A stretch of 45,390 nt of DNA from Macrostomum lignano (Eukaryota): assembly GCA_002269645.1 (NCBI GenBank), contig NIVC01001906.1, positions 1-45,390 on the forward strand, given 5' to 3'. The position numbers and the translations under genes were made by a program. Numbering within the stretch: position 1 is the first letter of the stretch; the number at the start of each line of letters is the position of its first letter. The notes beneath the pieces were generated by a model. The model did not search any database and had not been told where the DNA came from. It saw only the letters and a program-made list of their open reading frames with translations. Below, piece by piece: positions 22,330-41,503 of the stretch.

Positions 22330-23500
22330 ATCTACCGACCTGAATCTTTATCTCTACTGACCTGCGCCTCTGTCTCTACTGACCTGCATCTCTATCTCTT
22401 CTGACCTGCATTTCTATCTATTCTGACCTGAATCTCTATCTCTACTGACCTGCGCCTCTCTCTCTACTGACCTGCATATCTGTCTCTACTGACCTGCGCC
22501 TTTCTCTCTACTGACCTGCGCCTCAATCTCTACTGACCTGCGCCTTTCTCTCTACTGACCTGCGCCTCAATCTCTACTGACCTGCGCCTTTCTCTCTACT
22601 GACCTGCGCCTCTATCTCTACTGACCTGCGCCTCTATCTCTACTGACCTGCGCCTCTATCTCTACTGACCTGCGCCTTTCTCTCTACTGACCTGCGCCTC
22701 TATCTCTACTGACCTGCGCCTTTCTCTCTACTGACCTGCGCCTCTATCTCTACTGACCTGCGCCTCTATCTCTACTGACCTGCATCTCTGTCTCTACTGA
22801 CCTGCATCTCTGTCTCTACTGACCTGCGCCTTTCTCTCTACTGACCTGCGCCTCTATCTCTACTGACCTGCGCCTTTCTCTCTACTGACCTGCGCCTCTA
22901 TCTCTACTGACCTGCGCCTTTCTCTCTACTGACCTGCGCCTCTATCTCTACTGACCTGCGCCTTTCTCTCTACTGACCTGCGCCTCTATCTCTACTGACC
23001 TGCGCCTTTCTCTCTACTGACCTGCGCCTCTATCTCTACTGACCTGCGCCTTTCTCTCTACTGACCTGCGCCTCTATCTCTACTGACCTGCGCCTTTCTC
23101 TCTACTGACCTGCGCCTCTATCTCTACTGACCTGCGCCTCTATCTCTACTGACCTGCGCCTTTCTCTCTACTGACCTGCGCCTCTATCTCTACTGACCTG
23201 CATCTCTATCTCTACTGACCTGCATCTCTATCTCTTCTGACCTGCGCCTCTGTCTCTACTGACCTGCATCTCTATCTCTTCTGACCTGCCTCTCTATCTC
23301 TACTGACCTGCATCTCTATCTCTACTGACCTGCATCTCTATCTCTTTTGACCTGCATCTCTATCTCTTCTGACCTGCGCCTCTGTCTCTACTGACCTGCA
23401 TCTCTATCTCTTCTGACCTGCCTCTCTATCTCTACTGACCTGCATCTCTATCTCTACTGACCTGCATCTCTATCTCTACTGACCTGCATCTCTATCTACT
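22330..23500. repeat. 22-bp minisatellite (CTACTGACCTGCGCCTCTATCT)
   Basis: About 53 copies; homogeneous alternating centre, diverged edges. Confidence 0.97.
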
Positions 23501-24479
23501 GCCCAAAAGGCACCTGCTGGCCAACTCTCCCTGAAAGCAACAGAGAACCTGCTACAAAATTATAGCTCGAGAAAAAAACGCCAGTAAGTTTTTGTAGTTA
23601 AATATTGCAACGAAACAACAAACACAAACAAACGCACACACACAAACTAGAACAAAGAGCAGCAAAAAATGAAATTGCGCTTTTTATTTTGTTGCACATA
23701 ATTCAAAGTTTTAGGATTTTTTTAGCTACTATCTAAAGACACCGAACAAAAAAATAAAAATATAATGCAATTGTAATTATAGTAGAACAAAGATAAAGTA
23801 CATGTATGTTTGAAGTGCACACCGAGAGCACGTGTACTTTTAAAGTACAAACTGATAACATGTACTTTTAAAGTACACACTCTTTTTGAGACAATATATA
23901 AAAACTTGAAAAAGCAACTTTTTAAGGATGATATTTAGAACGGACTTTAATGAACAAACAATACAAGATAATTTTGTTTTAATTTTAATCAAAAAGTAAT
24001 AAACCAACAAAAGCACACAACGAAAAGACCATACGATAAAAATGTTTACTATTAACCTCAAATCTATTAACAGCTGTCAAGCTTATATCAGGAGTACATG
24101 TATTTTAACAGAGAAAACAGGAAAATATAACAAAAATAATGAATACTCGCAGATTACGACAATAGAACGACTGGCCAAAAATAATGTGTTTTTAAATTCA
24201 TAATTACTCATCAATTGAACGACATAAAAAGCATAGTTATATAAATATGCGGTTGATACAATCAAAACAATTCGATAACAATTAACTAAAAGAAATAAAA
24301 GATTAACGATTACGAATAGAGTATTAGAATTGCTAACATTTAGACAGATTAACAATAAATAAAATTGTTTTCCTATCAAATACCTTTCACTGACAAAAGC
24401 TATTTGAAGTAGCAAATTCTAATTTTCATATTACTCAAAGTCATCTGAACACTAAATCAAATCCTTTAAACTCAAAATT

Positions 24480-24795
24480 AAATCGATCAGATCAAAGTTT
24501 AGGAATCGATCAGATCAAAGTTTTAAAATCGATCAGATCAAAGTTTTAAAATCGATCAGATCAAAGTTTAAGAAATCGATCTGATCAAAGTTTTAAAATC
24601 GATCAGATCAAAATTTTAAAATCGATCAGATCAAAGTTAAGAAATCGGTCAGATCAGTTTAAGAAATCGGTCAGATCAAAGTTAAGAAATCGATCAGATC
24701 AAAGTTGAAGAATCGATTAGATCAAAGTTTAAGAAATCGATTAGATCAAAGTTGAAGAATCGATCGGATCAAAGTTGAAGAATCGATCGGATTAA
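24480..24795. repeat. ~21-22-bp minisatellite (AAATCGATCAGATCAAAGTTTT)
   Basis: Directly visible. Confidence 0.92.
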
Positions 24796-24903
24796 AATTC
24801 AAACATTTCTTTATTGACTACTTCAAGTAGCCAAATGAAAAGTGCAATAAAACTGCTAAAACTTCTAACGATAAAACTAATCTCATCGCTCTACCCCAAG
24901 AAA

Positions 24904-27900
24904 TCAGAATGAATATGACGACAGCCAATACATTCCGCGCAGACGGCTACGCAATTCGGCCTTCTGAGCATCCGTGACATTGAGCCAAAGCGGCACCATG
25001 AGTCGCTCCTCAAGCAGCAGGTGATCTTCATAGAAATCAGCCAGCCCGTTAACAGCGCCGGCCAGAGATTTTCTAGCGTCGCCGTTGGCGCCACCGGAAG
25101 CGCCGGCAGCGATTGCCTCAGTGGCTTTCTTCACTACTTCGTTGAACTTGCCATGCTGATTGTCGATCTCTTGCCAGAACTGAGCGAACTGAGGATAGGC
25201 CTCTTTGAAGTAGGGGAACAGTTGAGCGTCTTCGAACTCCGAATGGGGAGCGTTCTTTTTTAGAAATCCCTGCAAATGACTGTCCACGTCGGCGACCTGT
25301 TGAACAAAAAATTAAATGAGAAAAAAATTTATAATCCTACTTTTAGTAGACAAAAAGACTTTTTTTCAATAAGTTTGCGATTTACAAAAAGAGTAATAAA
25401 AATGAGGATTCTTAGAAATGACTACTAGGGCGGCTATTGGAAAGGGTAACGGGGGCGATTCTTAGAAAAGGTATCAGAGGGAATTATTAGAAGAAACGGT
25501 ATCAGAGGGAATTCTTGGAAACGGTATCAGAGGGAATTCTAAGAAACGGTATTAGAGGGAATTCCTAGAAACGGTATCAGAGGGAATTCTAAGAAACGGT
25601 ATCAGAGGGAATTCTAAGAAACGGTATCAGAGGGAATTCTTAGAAACGGTATCAGAGGGAATTCTTATAAAAGGTATCAGAGGGAATTATTAAAAGAAAC
25701 GGTATCAGAGGGGATTTTTGGAAATGGTATCAGGGGGGGTTCTTGAAAATGATACTAGGGGCGATCCTCTAATGGGATATTAGAACTCTCTTGTAAAAGG
25801 CAAAGCGATCTGATGAATTTACGCAGAGATTGAAAGAGCCTTTGCCCCACCTGAGCGGCAGTCAAGTCGGCATCGCCGGCCACAGTCTGGCGCAGGGCGG
25901 TCAGCCGCTTTCTAAATCCATCGTGAGAGTACATCCACATGCGCAACAGGCCCTTATTGGGATGCTGCTGCCAGACACCGCGCCAGAAGTCGCTGCGAAC
26001 GGCCAACTTCAGCATAGCGGCCAGATCAGCGTCAGACACTTCAGCGGCCGGAGGCACACCCAGCTGGGCGAGATGTTCGATTAGTTTCTCACGGGACATG
26101 CTCTCAATGTTGGCTTCAACAACTTGACGGCTGCTGTTGCCAGCCGGCAGGCCCAGCCGGACGCCTTGAATAGCGGCGTCGCGTGTTTCGTCGGCTTCGT
26201 TCGACGATTTGTTGTTGTCGCCGGCTCCGCCAGCTTCGGCGCGCTGGCGTACGTCGGCAAGAGTGTAGCTCTGTTGGGCACCCTGTAATTGACAGTTTAT
26301 ATAAGTTTAGTAACCGCTTCCGGACATTTGCCCTCCGGCACTTCCCCTCCGGCACTTGCCCTCCGGCACTTCCCCTCGGCGGCGTTTGCCCTCCGGACAT
26401 TTGCCCTCCGGGACATTTCCCCTCCGGACATTTGCCCTCCGGACATTTCCCCTCGGGGACATTTGCCCTCGGGGACATTTGCCCTCCGGACATTTCCCCT
26501 CCGCACATTTGCCCTCTGCAAATTTACCCCCTCGCACATTACTCACCTCACCTCCTCCTGTACCCACCCGTCGTTCCTCCAGCACCAACCTCATCCTCCC
26601 GCCTCTTGCATCCATCAGGTTCTTCTCCAGCCAACAACTCATCCTTTTCTAGTAAGCAATATATACCCGCGCCCTACCCTATCCCCAGCCTTACCTGTAC
26701 TTTTCCAGAGGGGAAATGTCCGGAGGGCAAATGTCCGGAGGGGAAATGTCCCCGAGGGCAAATGTCCCCGAGGGCAAATGTCCGGAGGGCAAATGTCCGG
26801 AGGGCAAATGTCCCCGAGGGCAAATGTCCTCGAGGGCAAATGTCCGGAGGGGAAATGCCGGAGGGCAAATGTCCGGAGGGCAAATGCCGGAGGGCAAATG
26901 TCCGGTAGCCTTTAGTAACATTGCTAGATGGCTGAATATTTTGAGTCTGAAAGTTCCAGGACTGAGAGACTGATTCTAAGCTGTCTCTAGGCTAGTTTTG
27001 GGTGCTCTTTAAGGGAGTTAGAGATGCACTTGAGACAGGATGAGTGCCCGATGATACTCTTGGGTGAGTGCCAGATGATACTATTGGATAAGTGCCGGAT
27101 GATACTCTTGGGTGAGTGCCAGATGATACTCTTGGGTGAGTGCCAGATGATACTCTTGGATGAGTGCCGGAGGATATTCTTCAGATGCCAGAATATACGC
27201 TAATTCAGATGCCATAAAGATACTCTTTAGATTCCATAAAGATACTCTTTAGATGTCATAAAGATACTCTTTAGATGCCATAAAGATACTCTTCAGATGC
27301 CATAAAGATACTCTTCAGATGCCATAAAGATACTCTTCAGATGCCATAAAGATACTCTTCAGATGCCAGAATATACTCTTCAGTTGCCAGATGATACTAT
27401 TGGATAAGTGCCAGATGATACTATTGGATAAGTGCCAGATGATACTATTGGATAAGTGCCAGATGATACTATTGGATAAGTGCCAGATGATACTCTTGGG
27501 TGAGTGCCAGATGATACTCTAGGATGAGTGCCGGAGGATATTCTTCAGATGCCAGAATATACGCTAATTCAGATGCCATAAAGATACTCTTCAGATGCCA
27601 TAAAGATACTCTTCAGATGCCAGAATATACTCTTCAGTTGCCAGATGATGATACTCTTGGATGAGTGCCAGATGATACTCTTGGATGAGTGCCAGATGAT
27701 ACTCTTGGATGAGTGCCAGATGATACTCTTGGATGAGTGCCAGATGATACTCTTGGATGAGTGCCAGATGATACTCTTGGATGAGTGCCAGATGATACTA
27801 TTGGATAAGTGCCAGATGATACTATTGGATAAGTGCCAGATGATACTATTGGATAAGTGCCAGATGATACTATTGGATAAGTGCCAGATGATACTCTTGG

Positions 27901-30210
27901 GTGAGTGCCAGATGATACTCTAGGATGAGTGCCGGAGGATATTCTTCAGATGCCAGAATATACGCTAATTCAGATGCCATAAAGATACTCTTCAGATGCC
28001 AGAATATACTCTAATTCAGATGCCATAAAGATACTCTTCAGATGCCAGAATATACTCTTCAGATGCCAGAATATACTCTTCAGTTGCCAGATGACACTCT
28101 TGGATGAGTGCCAGATGATAATCTAGGATGAGTGCCAGATAATACTCTTGGATGAGTGCCAGATGATACTATTGGATAAGTGCCAGATGATACTATTGGA
28201 TAAGTGCCGGATGATACTCTTGGGTGAGTGCCAGATGATACTCTTGGGTAAGTGCCAGATGATACTCTTGGGTGAGTGCCAGATGATACTCTTGGGTGAG
28301 TGCCAGATGATACTCTAGGATGAGTGCCGGAGGATATTCTTCAGATGCCAGAATATACGCTAATTCAGATGCCATAAAGATACTCCTCAGATGCCATAAA
28401 GATACTCTTTAGATGCCATAAAGATACTCTAATTCAGATGCCATTAAGATACTCTAATTCAGATGCCATAAAGATACTCTTCAGATGCCATAAAGATACT
28501 CTTCAGATGCCAGAATATACTCTTCAGTTGCCAGATGATACTCTTGGATGAGTGCCAGATGATATTCTTGGATGAGTGCCAGATGATACTCTTGGATGAG
28601 TGCCAGATGATACTCTTGGATGAGTGCCAGATTATACTCTTGGATGAGTGCCAGATGATACTCTTGGATGAGTGCCAGATGATACTCTTGGATGAGTGCC
28701 AGATGATACTATTGGATAAGTGCCAGATGATACTATTGGATAAGTGCCAGATGATACTATTGGATAAGTGCCAGATGATACTATTGGATAAGTGCCAGAT
28801 GATACTCTTGGGTGAGTGCCAGATGATACTCTAGGATGAGTGCCGGAGGATATTCTTCAGATGCCAGAATATACGCTAATTCAGATGCCATAAAGATACT
28901 CTTTAGATGCCAGAATATACTCTAATTCAGATGCCATAAAGATACTCTTTAGATGTCATAAAGATACTCTTTAGATGCCATAAAGATACTATTTAGATGC
29001 CATAAAGATACTCTTTAGATGCCATAAAGATACTCTAATTCAGATGCCATAAAGATACTCTTCAGATGCCATAAAGATACTCTTCAGATGCCAGAATATA
29101 CTCTTCAGTTGCCAGATGATACTCTTGGATAAGTGCCAGATGATACTCTTGGGTGAGTGCCAGATGATACTATTGGATAAGTGCCAGATGATACTATTGG
29201 ATAAGTGCCGGATGATACTCTTGGGTGAGTGTCAGATGATACTCTTGGGTAAGTGCCAGATGATACTCTTGGGTGAGTGCCAGATGATACTCTTGGGTGA
29301 GTGCCAGATGATACTCTAGGATGAGTGCCGGAGAATATTCTTCAGATGCCAGAATATACGCTAATTCAGATGCCATAAAGATACTCTTCAGATGCCATAA
29401 AGATACTCTTTAGATGCCATAAAGATACTCTAATTCAGATGCCATAAAGATACTCTAATTCAGATGCCATAAAGATACTCTTCAGATGCCATAAAGATAC
29501 TCTTCAGATGCCAGAATATACTCTTCAGTTGCCAGATGATACTCTTGGATGAGTGCCAGATGATACTCTTGGGTGAGTGCCAGATGATACTATTGGATAA
29601 GTGCCAGATGATACTATTGGATAAGTGCCGGATGATACTCTTGGGTGAGTGCCAGATGATACTCTTGGGTAAGTGCCAGATGATACTATTGGGTGAGTGC
29701 CAGATGATACTCTTGGGTGAGTGCCAGATGATACTCTAGGATGAGTGCCGGAGGATATTCTTCAGATGCCAGAATATACGCTAATTCAGATGCCATAAAG
29801 ATACTCTTCAGATGCCAGAATATACTCTAATTCAGATGCCATAAAGATACTCTTTAGATGCCATAAAGATACTCTTCAGATGCCATAAAGATACTCTTCA
29901 GATGCCATAAAGATACTCTTCAGATGCCATAAAGATACTCTTCAGATGCCATAAAGATACTCTTCAGATGCCATAAAGATACTCTTTAGATGCCATAAAG
30001 ATACTCTTCAGATGCCATTAAGATACTCTTTAGATGCCAGAATATACTCTTCAGATTACATTAAGATACTCTTTAGATGCCAGAATATACTCTTCAGTTG
30101 CCAGAGGATACTCTTGGAGGAGTGCCAGGAGTACTCTTAAAGCGAGACTCTCTATAGTCAGTTAGATGGTCCGAGACGTGGCCAGATATTTTTCAAATTA
30201 TTCTTACCAT
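24904..30210 (-). CDS. Hemerythrin-like (HHE cation-binding) domain protein, ~275 aa, probable ATG-only first exon
   Basis: Exons 26282-25851 and 25296-24904 join at phase 0 and carry MYSHDGF (H), HSEFE (HxxxE), NQHGK (H) and HLLLE (HxxxE). The start codon is inferred from AAAACACATG|GTAAGA at 30210-30208 (less certain). Confidence 0.78.
25420..25760. repeat. ~22-23-bp minisatellite (AAACGGTATCAGAGGGAATTCTT) in hemerythrin gene intron 2
   Basis: Directly visible. Confidence 0.92.
26315..26910. mobile_element. Mutator-like foldback non-autonomous element, 596 bp
   Basis: 9-bp TSD TTTAGTAAC (26306-26314, 26911-26919); termini CGCTTCCGGAC / GTCCGGTAGCC (9/11 inverted match); inverted arrays of ~15-bp GGACATTTGCCCTCC units around a ~180-bp spacer. 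Confidence 0.85.
27040..30140. repeat. Higher-order minisatellite alternating 24-bp and 22-bp unit blocks
   Basis: Units GATGATACTCTTGGATGAGTGCCA and GATGCCATAAAGATACTCTTCA, joined by a conserved linker seen 7 times. Confidence 0.96.
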
Positions 30211-30934
30211 GTGTTTTTTTTTATGAACAGATTGCAAGACTGTTAGACTCGGGAGTCAATGACCGAAATTGTGAGTTATTTATCAGCAGTCGCCGCGCTC
30301 TCCCAATGACAGACTCGATATTTAATAACGTCGAGTTAGATGCGCACGCGCACACTAGCATTCACGCCAACCCGCCCCCCCCCCCCATTCCAGGTCCCAC
30401 TTCCGCGACTTGAGCTCGTACCGCACCGGCGTACAGCGGGAAGGAGCAAGGAAGGGATAGTTTTTCTTTCCACATACAACTAATCGTACGGGGAACAAGG
30501 AAGGAGAGGATGGCGAAACTGATATACAGTTCCTTCTGCTCTATCCCCATATACCACATCTCCGCACCGCGCTTCCCTTCGCAGAGACCTCCCTGGCCCT
30601 ACTCTCATTCCTGTCGTTTTGATCAGTCAAGTAGTCCTTCTAACTCCTTCTAGCTACTAAAGAGAAACTAATCACAATCCTCTGTATCTCTAGAAACTGT
30701 GAGCCAAACAGGTGCAAGTCTAATATTAACCAATGAGGTCCAACCGACTTAACAACATGTACATTTAAAAGTAATCCAATGCGGAAGATGCTGTCAAGAA
30801 TCTTAATCTGTTTCCTAATCTGTTGCCTAGTTTCAAGGGCTAAAGCTCCTGTACCCAGGAGCTTAAACACAATATGGTGTTTGACAAATAAAGTTGACAG
30901 ATGTTTGTCAATAGACAAACGTAGCATAGCCTAG

Positions 30935-31044
30935 AAATGAGGGGGTAGAAGTGTCGAACAGGAGTCAATTGAAAGAAGATTATAGAGAGGAGAGAAGTGA
31001 CATAAACCTTGAGCAGCGGGACGGCCGGAGTTTGCCGACCCCTG
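30935..31044. mobile_element. Fragment (right end) of a Charlie-like hAT element
   Basis: Ends in TTTGCCGACCCCTG and shares AAACCTTGAGCAG (31004-31016) with the 7775-7932 MITE (7867-7879). Left end not found. Confidence 0.45.
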
Positions 31045-31712
31045 GGGGGTGTTTCATAGATTTGAAAAGCTACAAGTGAATAGTGAAAAGTTACAAGCTG
31101 ACTAAGTAGTGAACTAGATATCTATGGGCCAAACATCAAGTCCGTCCCAGGCGCAGCCACAGCTGACTCCCGTTGGACCCTGGATTATGATCTATTTCTG
31201 TATAGAGGAAAGACAATATTTATCAATATTTAAATATAATCTTTGACATAGAGTCTATCTTACACGTGTGGCCCACTAGCAAGCGTAAGAATGCCTCTCA
31301 CGGTTGAAAACAAAACGCCATACTGCGTCTGCTTAACGAGAAAAAGGCCGAGTTGTTTGGAGAATTTTCCTGTATAATTACGAAGTAATTGAATCAATTC
31401 GATCCTTAAACTGAAAGATTATTCGCGGTTTAAAAATTCTGGGTCTCTTTGCCAATGCAACGTGGCCAATAGCTTCGTCCAAAGAGTCCGAATCAGAATC
31501 GAACATGTTGCCATGCGAAGCGAAATCTGATAGTTACAAGTTTGACAAATCTCGCGGGACTACTCAAGCTTGTCGAAAATCAAACGCTGCTCACTCTTCA
31601 AGAAGCGATGTCCATGAAACAAACCGCTTGTAACTAGCACTTGTCACTACTCACTGCTCACTTGTCGAACTTGTACGAGTAACTCTGACAAGTGGTCTAT
31701 GAAACACCCCCC
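31044..31712. mobile_element. Harbinger/PIF-like deletion derivative
   Basis: 17-bp TIR GGGGGGTGTTTCATAGA / TCTATGAAACACCCCCC. The minus-strand mini-ORF 31506-31378 (..AKRPRIFKPRIIF..) recalls Harbinger transposase N-termini. No clean 3-bp TSD. Confidence 0.55.
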
Positions 31713-32220
31713 CGTGGAATAGATGTATCACTAATGAGGCTATCATATACATAGAAATGGATCGTTTTATTTATCTATGACTCTGTGCATTTGAGTTCCA
31801 AATTCGATCCTAACTGGACCCATAGACTATACGCTCGTAACTCTTGCCAAATTAATTCTATATTTGGCATCCTGAATCAGAATTCAGGTTGCCAACTGGC
31901 ATCAATGAAAAAGTACCAAATAAAATAAAATATACCAACATCTTTAGCCTATCCTTTATACTAGTGAGCCTCTCTGGCAAAAAAAGATTGCAAAAGTCTT
32001 CTTAAAAAAGTTAAAATCCTAAAAATTCCACAAATTAAAAAACTATAGAGATTTCAAGTGAAATATGAATTACAGGAAATCAACTGTGTTGCTGAAATTT
32101 GCTTACTTTTGCCAAAGTTGAATCCACGCTTTAATATCAGATTCTGCCACTGTTGGCCATAGACAGTTGCTGTTCAGTCCAAGGGCTAAGAGGGGGGGAG
32201 GTCCCCACTCCCACCCTCAA

Positions 32221-32363
32221 TTACCCCAGCTAATGCTGGCACCCATTTTACAGCTGGGTGGACTGAACCAATGCAGATTTAAGTGTCTTGCTCAAGGATA
32301 CAAATTGTTTAAAGTGGGTCAAGAATCGAACCATCGGCCTTTTAGTCGTGAGTTCGAGCTCTA
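32221..32363 (-). mobile_element. tRNA-derived SINE, 5'-truncated copy
   Basis: Similar along its length to 36648-36806 (CCCCAGCTAAT...TCTTGCTCAAGGA.ACAAATTGTT...AATCGAACCA...TTAGTCGTGAGT). Confidence 0.7.
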
Positions 32364-32899
32364 GAGGGTCTAGCCTTTAGGCTTACAACTCCCTAATCCT
32401 CTCTCCAGATAAGTTTATGATATGAGAACTCCTTGAGTCAGCTTAACCGTTCTTATGGAACAGAATCTCAAGAAAGAAATAAGAAATGAAGATAGAGAAA
32501 GAGAAATCGGAGAAACCAAAAAAGCATATATAGGGAGAAGGTTTATCAGCTTAAATCTATAGGAATACCAGCTATATAAAATACATACGAGTATATACCA
32601 ACTTGTCCTACTGGTGGCTAAGAAACTCTTGCAAGCAAGCTTATATCGCCACTTATCCGTGAGCTCTACTCCAACCAGACCGGCTTAAATGTGAAGCATG
32701 CAGGCGGGCAGCGGAGAAAAAAGGGAGGAAAAAAGCAGAACTAGTGGCGAGAATTGGCCTGCCTTGACCATACAGCAGAGAGGCGGAGCGTTTCTAATTA
32801 AAGTGAAACTATCAAGGGAAATTGTTGATTGAATAGGAATTAAGCTCAATTATACTTACATTATATTGCAATTTCTTGCGAATTATGACCCCTAGAAAT

Positions 32900-33535
32900 C
32901 CAGATTTTAAACCCCTGGGAATCCACATTGTAAATTCCTGGGAATCCACATTGTAAACCCCTGGGAATCCAGATTAAACCCTGGAATTCCAGATTAACCC
33001 CTGGGAATCGACATTAAACCCTGAGAATCCACATTAACCCCTCGGAATCCAGATTAACCCCTGGGAATCCACATTGTAAACCCCTGGGAATCAACATTAA
33101 ACCCTGGAATTCCAGATTAACCCCTGGGAATCAACATTAAACCCTGGAATTCCAGATTAACCCCTGGGAATGAACATTAAACCCTGGAATTCCAGATTAA
33201 CCCCTGGGAATCAACATTAAACCCTGGGAATCAACATTAAACCCTGGAATTCCAGATTAACCCCTGGGAATCAACATTAAACCCTGGGAATCAACATTAA
33301 ACCCTGGGAATCCACATTAAGCCTTGGGGATTCACATTAACCCCTGGGAATCCACATTGTAAACCCCTGGGAATCAACAGTAAACCCTGGGAATCCACAT
33401 TAACCCCTGGGGATTCAGATTAACCCCTGGGAATCCAGATTAACCCCTGGGAATCCAGATTAACCCCTGGGAATCCACATTAAGCCCTGGAAATTCACAT
33501 TAATCCCTGGGAATCCAGATTCTAAACCCCTGGAA
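32900..33535. repeat. ~20-23-bp minisatellite (AACCCCTGGGAATCCAGATT)
   Basis: Directly visible. Confidence 0.94.
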
Positions 33536-34059
33536 AAGGGGGCCCAGTTCAAAAACATGCTAAGTCCTAGCTAGGAAAAAAGATAAAAGAAAATAACACA
33601 AAACAAAAGAAGTTCTTAATCAAAATACCACATTGGCTCGAGCCAGCACGCCACAGAGTTGGCGGTTTAATTCAAAACTGCACCGTTTTTTTATTTACTC
33701 GCTAGATGGTTAGATGCACAGCAAACAAGACATACTACTCATAAGTAGGTTTAAGCGTTGAGAAAAAGAACGAAGAACACGAACATGAAAAAGATAAGAA
33801 AAAAGGGGTTTTAAAAACAGTCAATTTTAGCAATTTGCTATAGCGAGCATGATGTATTAAAAACTTACACACTAGTAATGTTTTCATATTTTATTAGAAA
33901 ATTTAGACATAAAAAACACACTGAAAAAGGGCCTGTTGAAATTCTGCTGTCGGAATGGCATTATTTTTTATTTGCATTTTTTACTACTACAAGTGAGAGC
34001 TGACGAATTGTGTAAGTGATTGTAAATTAAATAATAAATGGCAGTTTACTAGCGCCCAT

Positions 34060-40717
<6,658 letters not shown>

Positions 40718-41503
40718 GTCACGTCACTGTGATACTTATAATTGTAAATGCAATGAGATACAGGATCGAATGCTACTATTTTGGCAAAATTACAAGAGCT
40801 GACAGTGCCAGAATGTAGCTATGCGCACTTGATTAACCGGATAGAAAAAAATTCACGGGCAATGCTTGCGTTTAAAAAACGATATAGTTTATTGCACTTT
40901 TTACTGACAAGGTTAAAATAAATAACAAAAAAATAACATAACTCTATGCTAGGCAAAATATTATTAACAAATGTGTTGATTATTTTGCCATGCTTTACTT
41001 AAATATAGACAAGAATTTAGTTTCTGTTGTTATAAAAACAGAGTAAAAATTCAAACAAAAGATTGCTAAACATTAAAAAACTGTGGCCTTTTTCAGGTTT
41101 TAATATCAAAATATGAATTTAGAAGTTTCTTATCATTATAAAAAGGTCATTTTACATTTTGTTTCATTGCACCATATGTTAGCTCAAATTTGTGCAACGA
41201 CTCTTATATCAACGCTGTGTATATTTAAAAAACTTAGACCTAGGCCTAGTAAAAAAATCGTCAGATCTGCTGAAATATGTCAATCTTTGTAACTAGGCTC
41301 CCTACTCGAAATTTAATTAAATCCATTTGCATTGGTCTAATTCATGTTAAGTAAATTTAAAGACTAATAATTTCATTGCCTCAGCCCTTTTTCTCTAGTT
41401 TAGTAAGAAATTTGATTAGACCTAGCTTAGCCTAAGCCAAGCCAACCTTGACGCAATTTTTTTTTAATAGGTCTTTTTACTTTAGCTTAGGCTTAATTTA
41501 AAC
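40718..41503. promoter_or_regulatory. Probable bidirectional promoter region between RUVBL2 (-) and PAXIP1 (+)
   Basis: 786 bp between two divergent inferred start codons; no core promoter element specifically identified. Confidence 0.55.

Noticed and set aside
23840-24415. Hydrophobic minus-strand ORFs
   Set aside because: AT-rich intergenic DNA giving F/L/I/V-rich artefacts; no motifs or splice support.
30640-30927. 95-aa minus-strand ORF
   Set aside because: No recognisable motif, and the base composition is unlike the GC-rich exons elsewhere.
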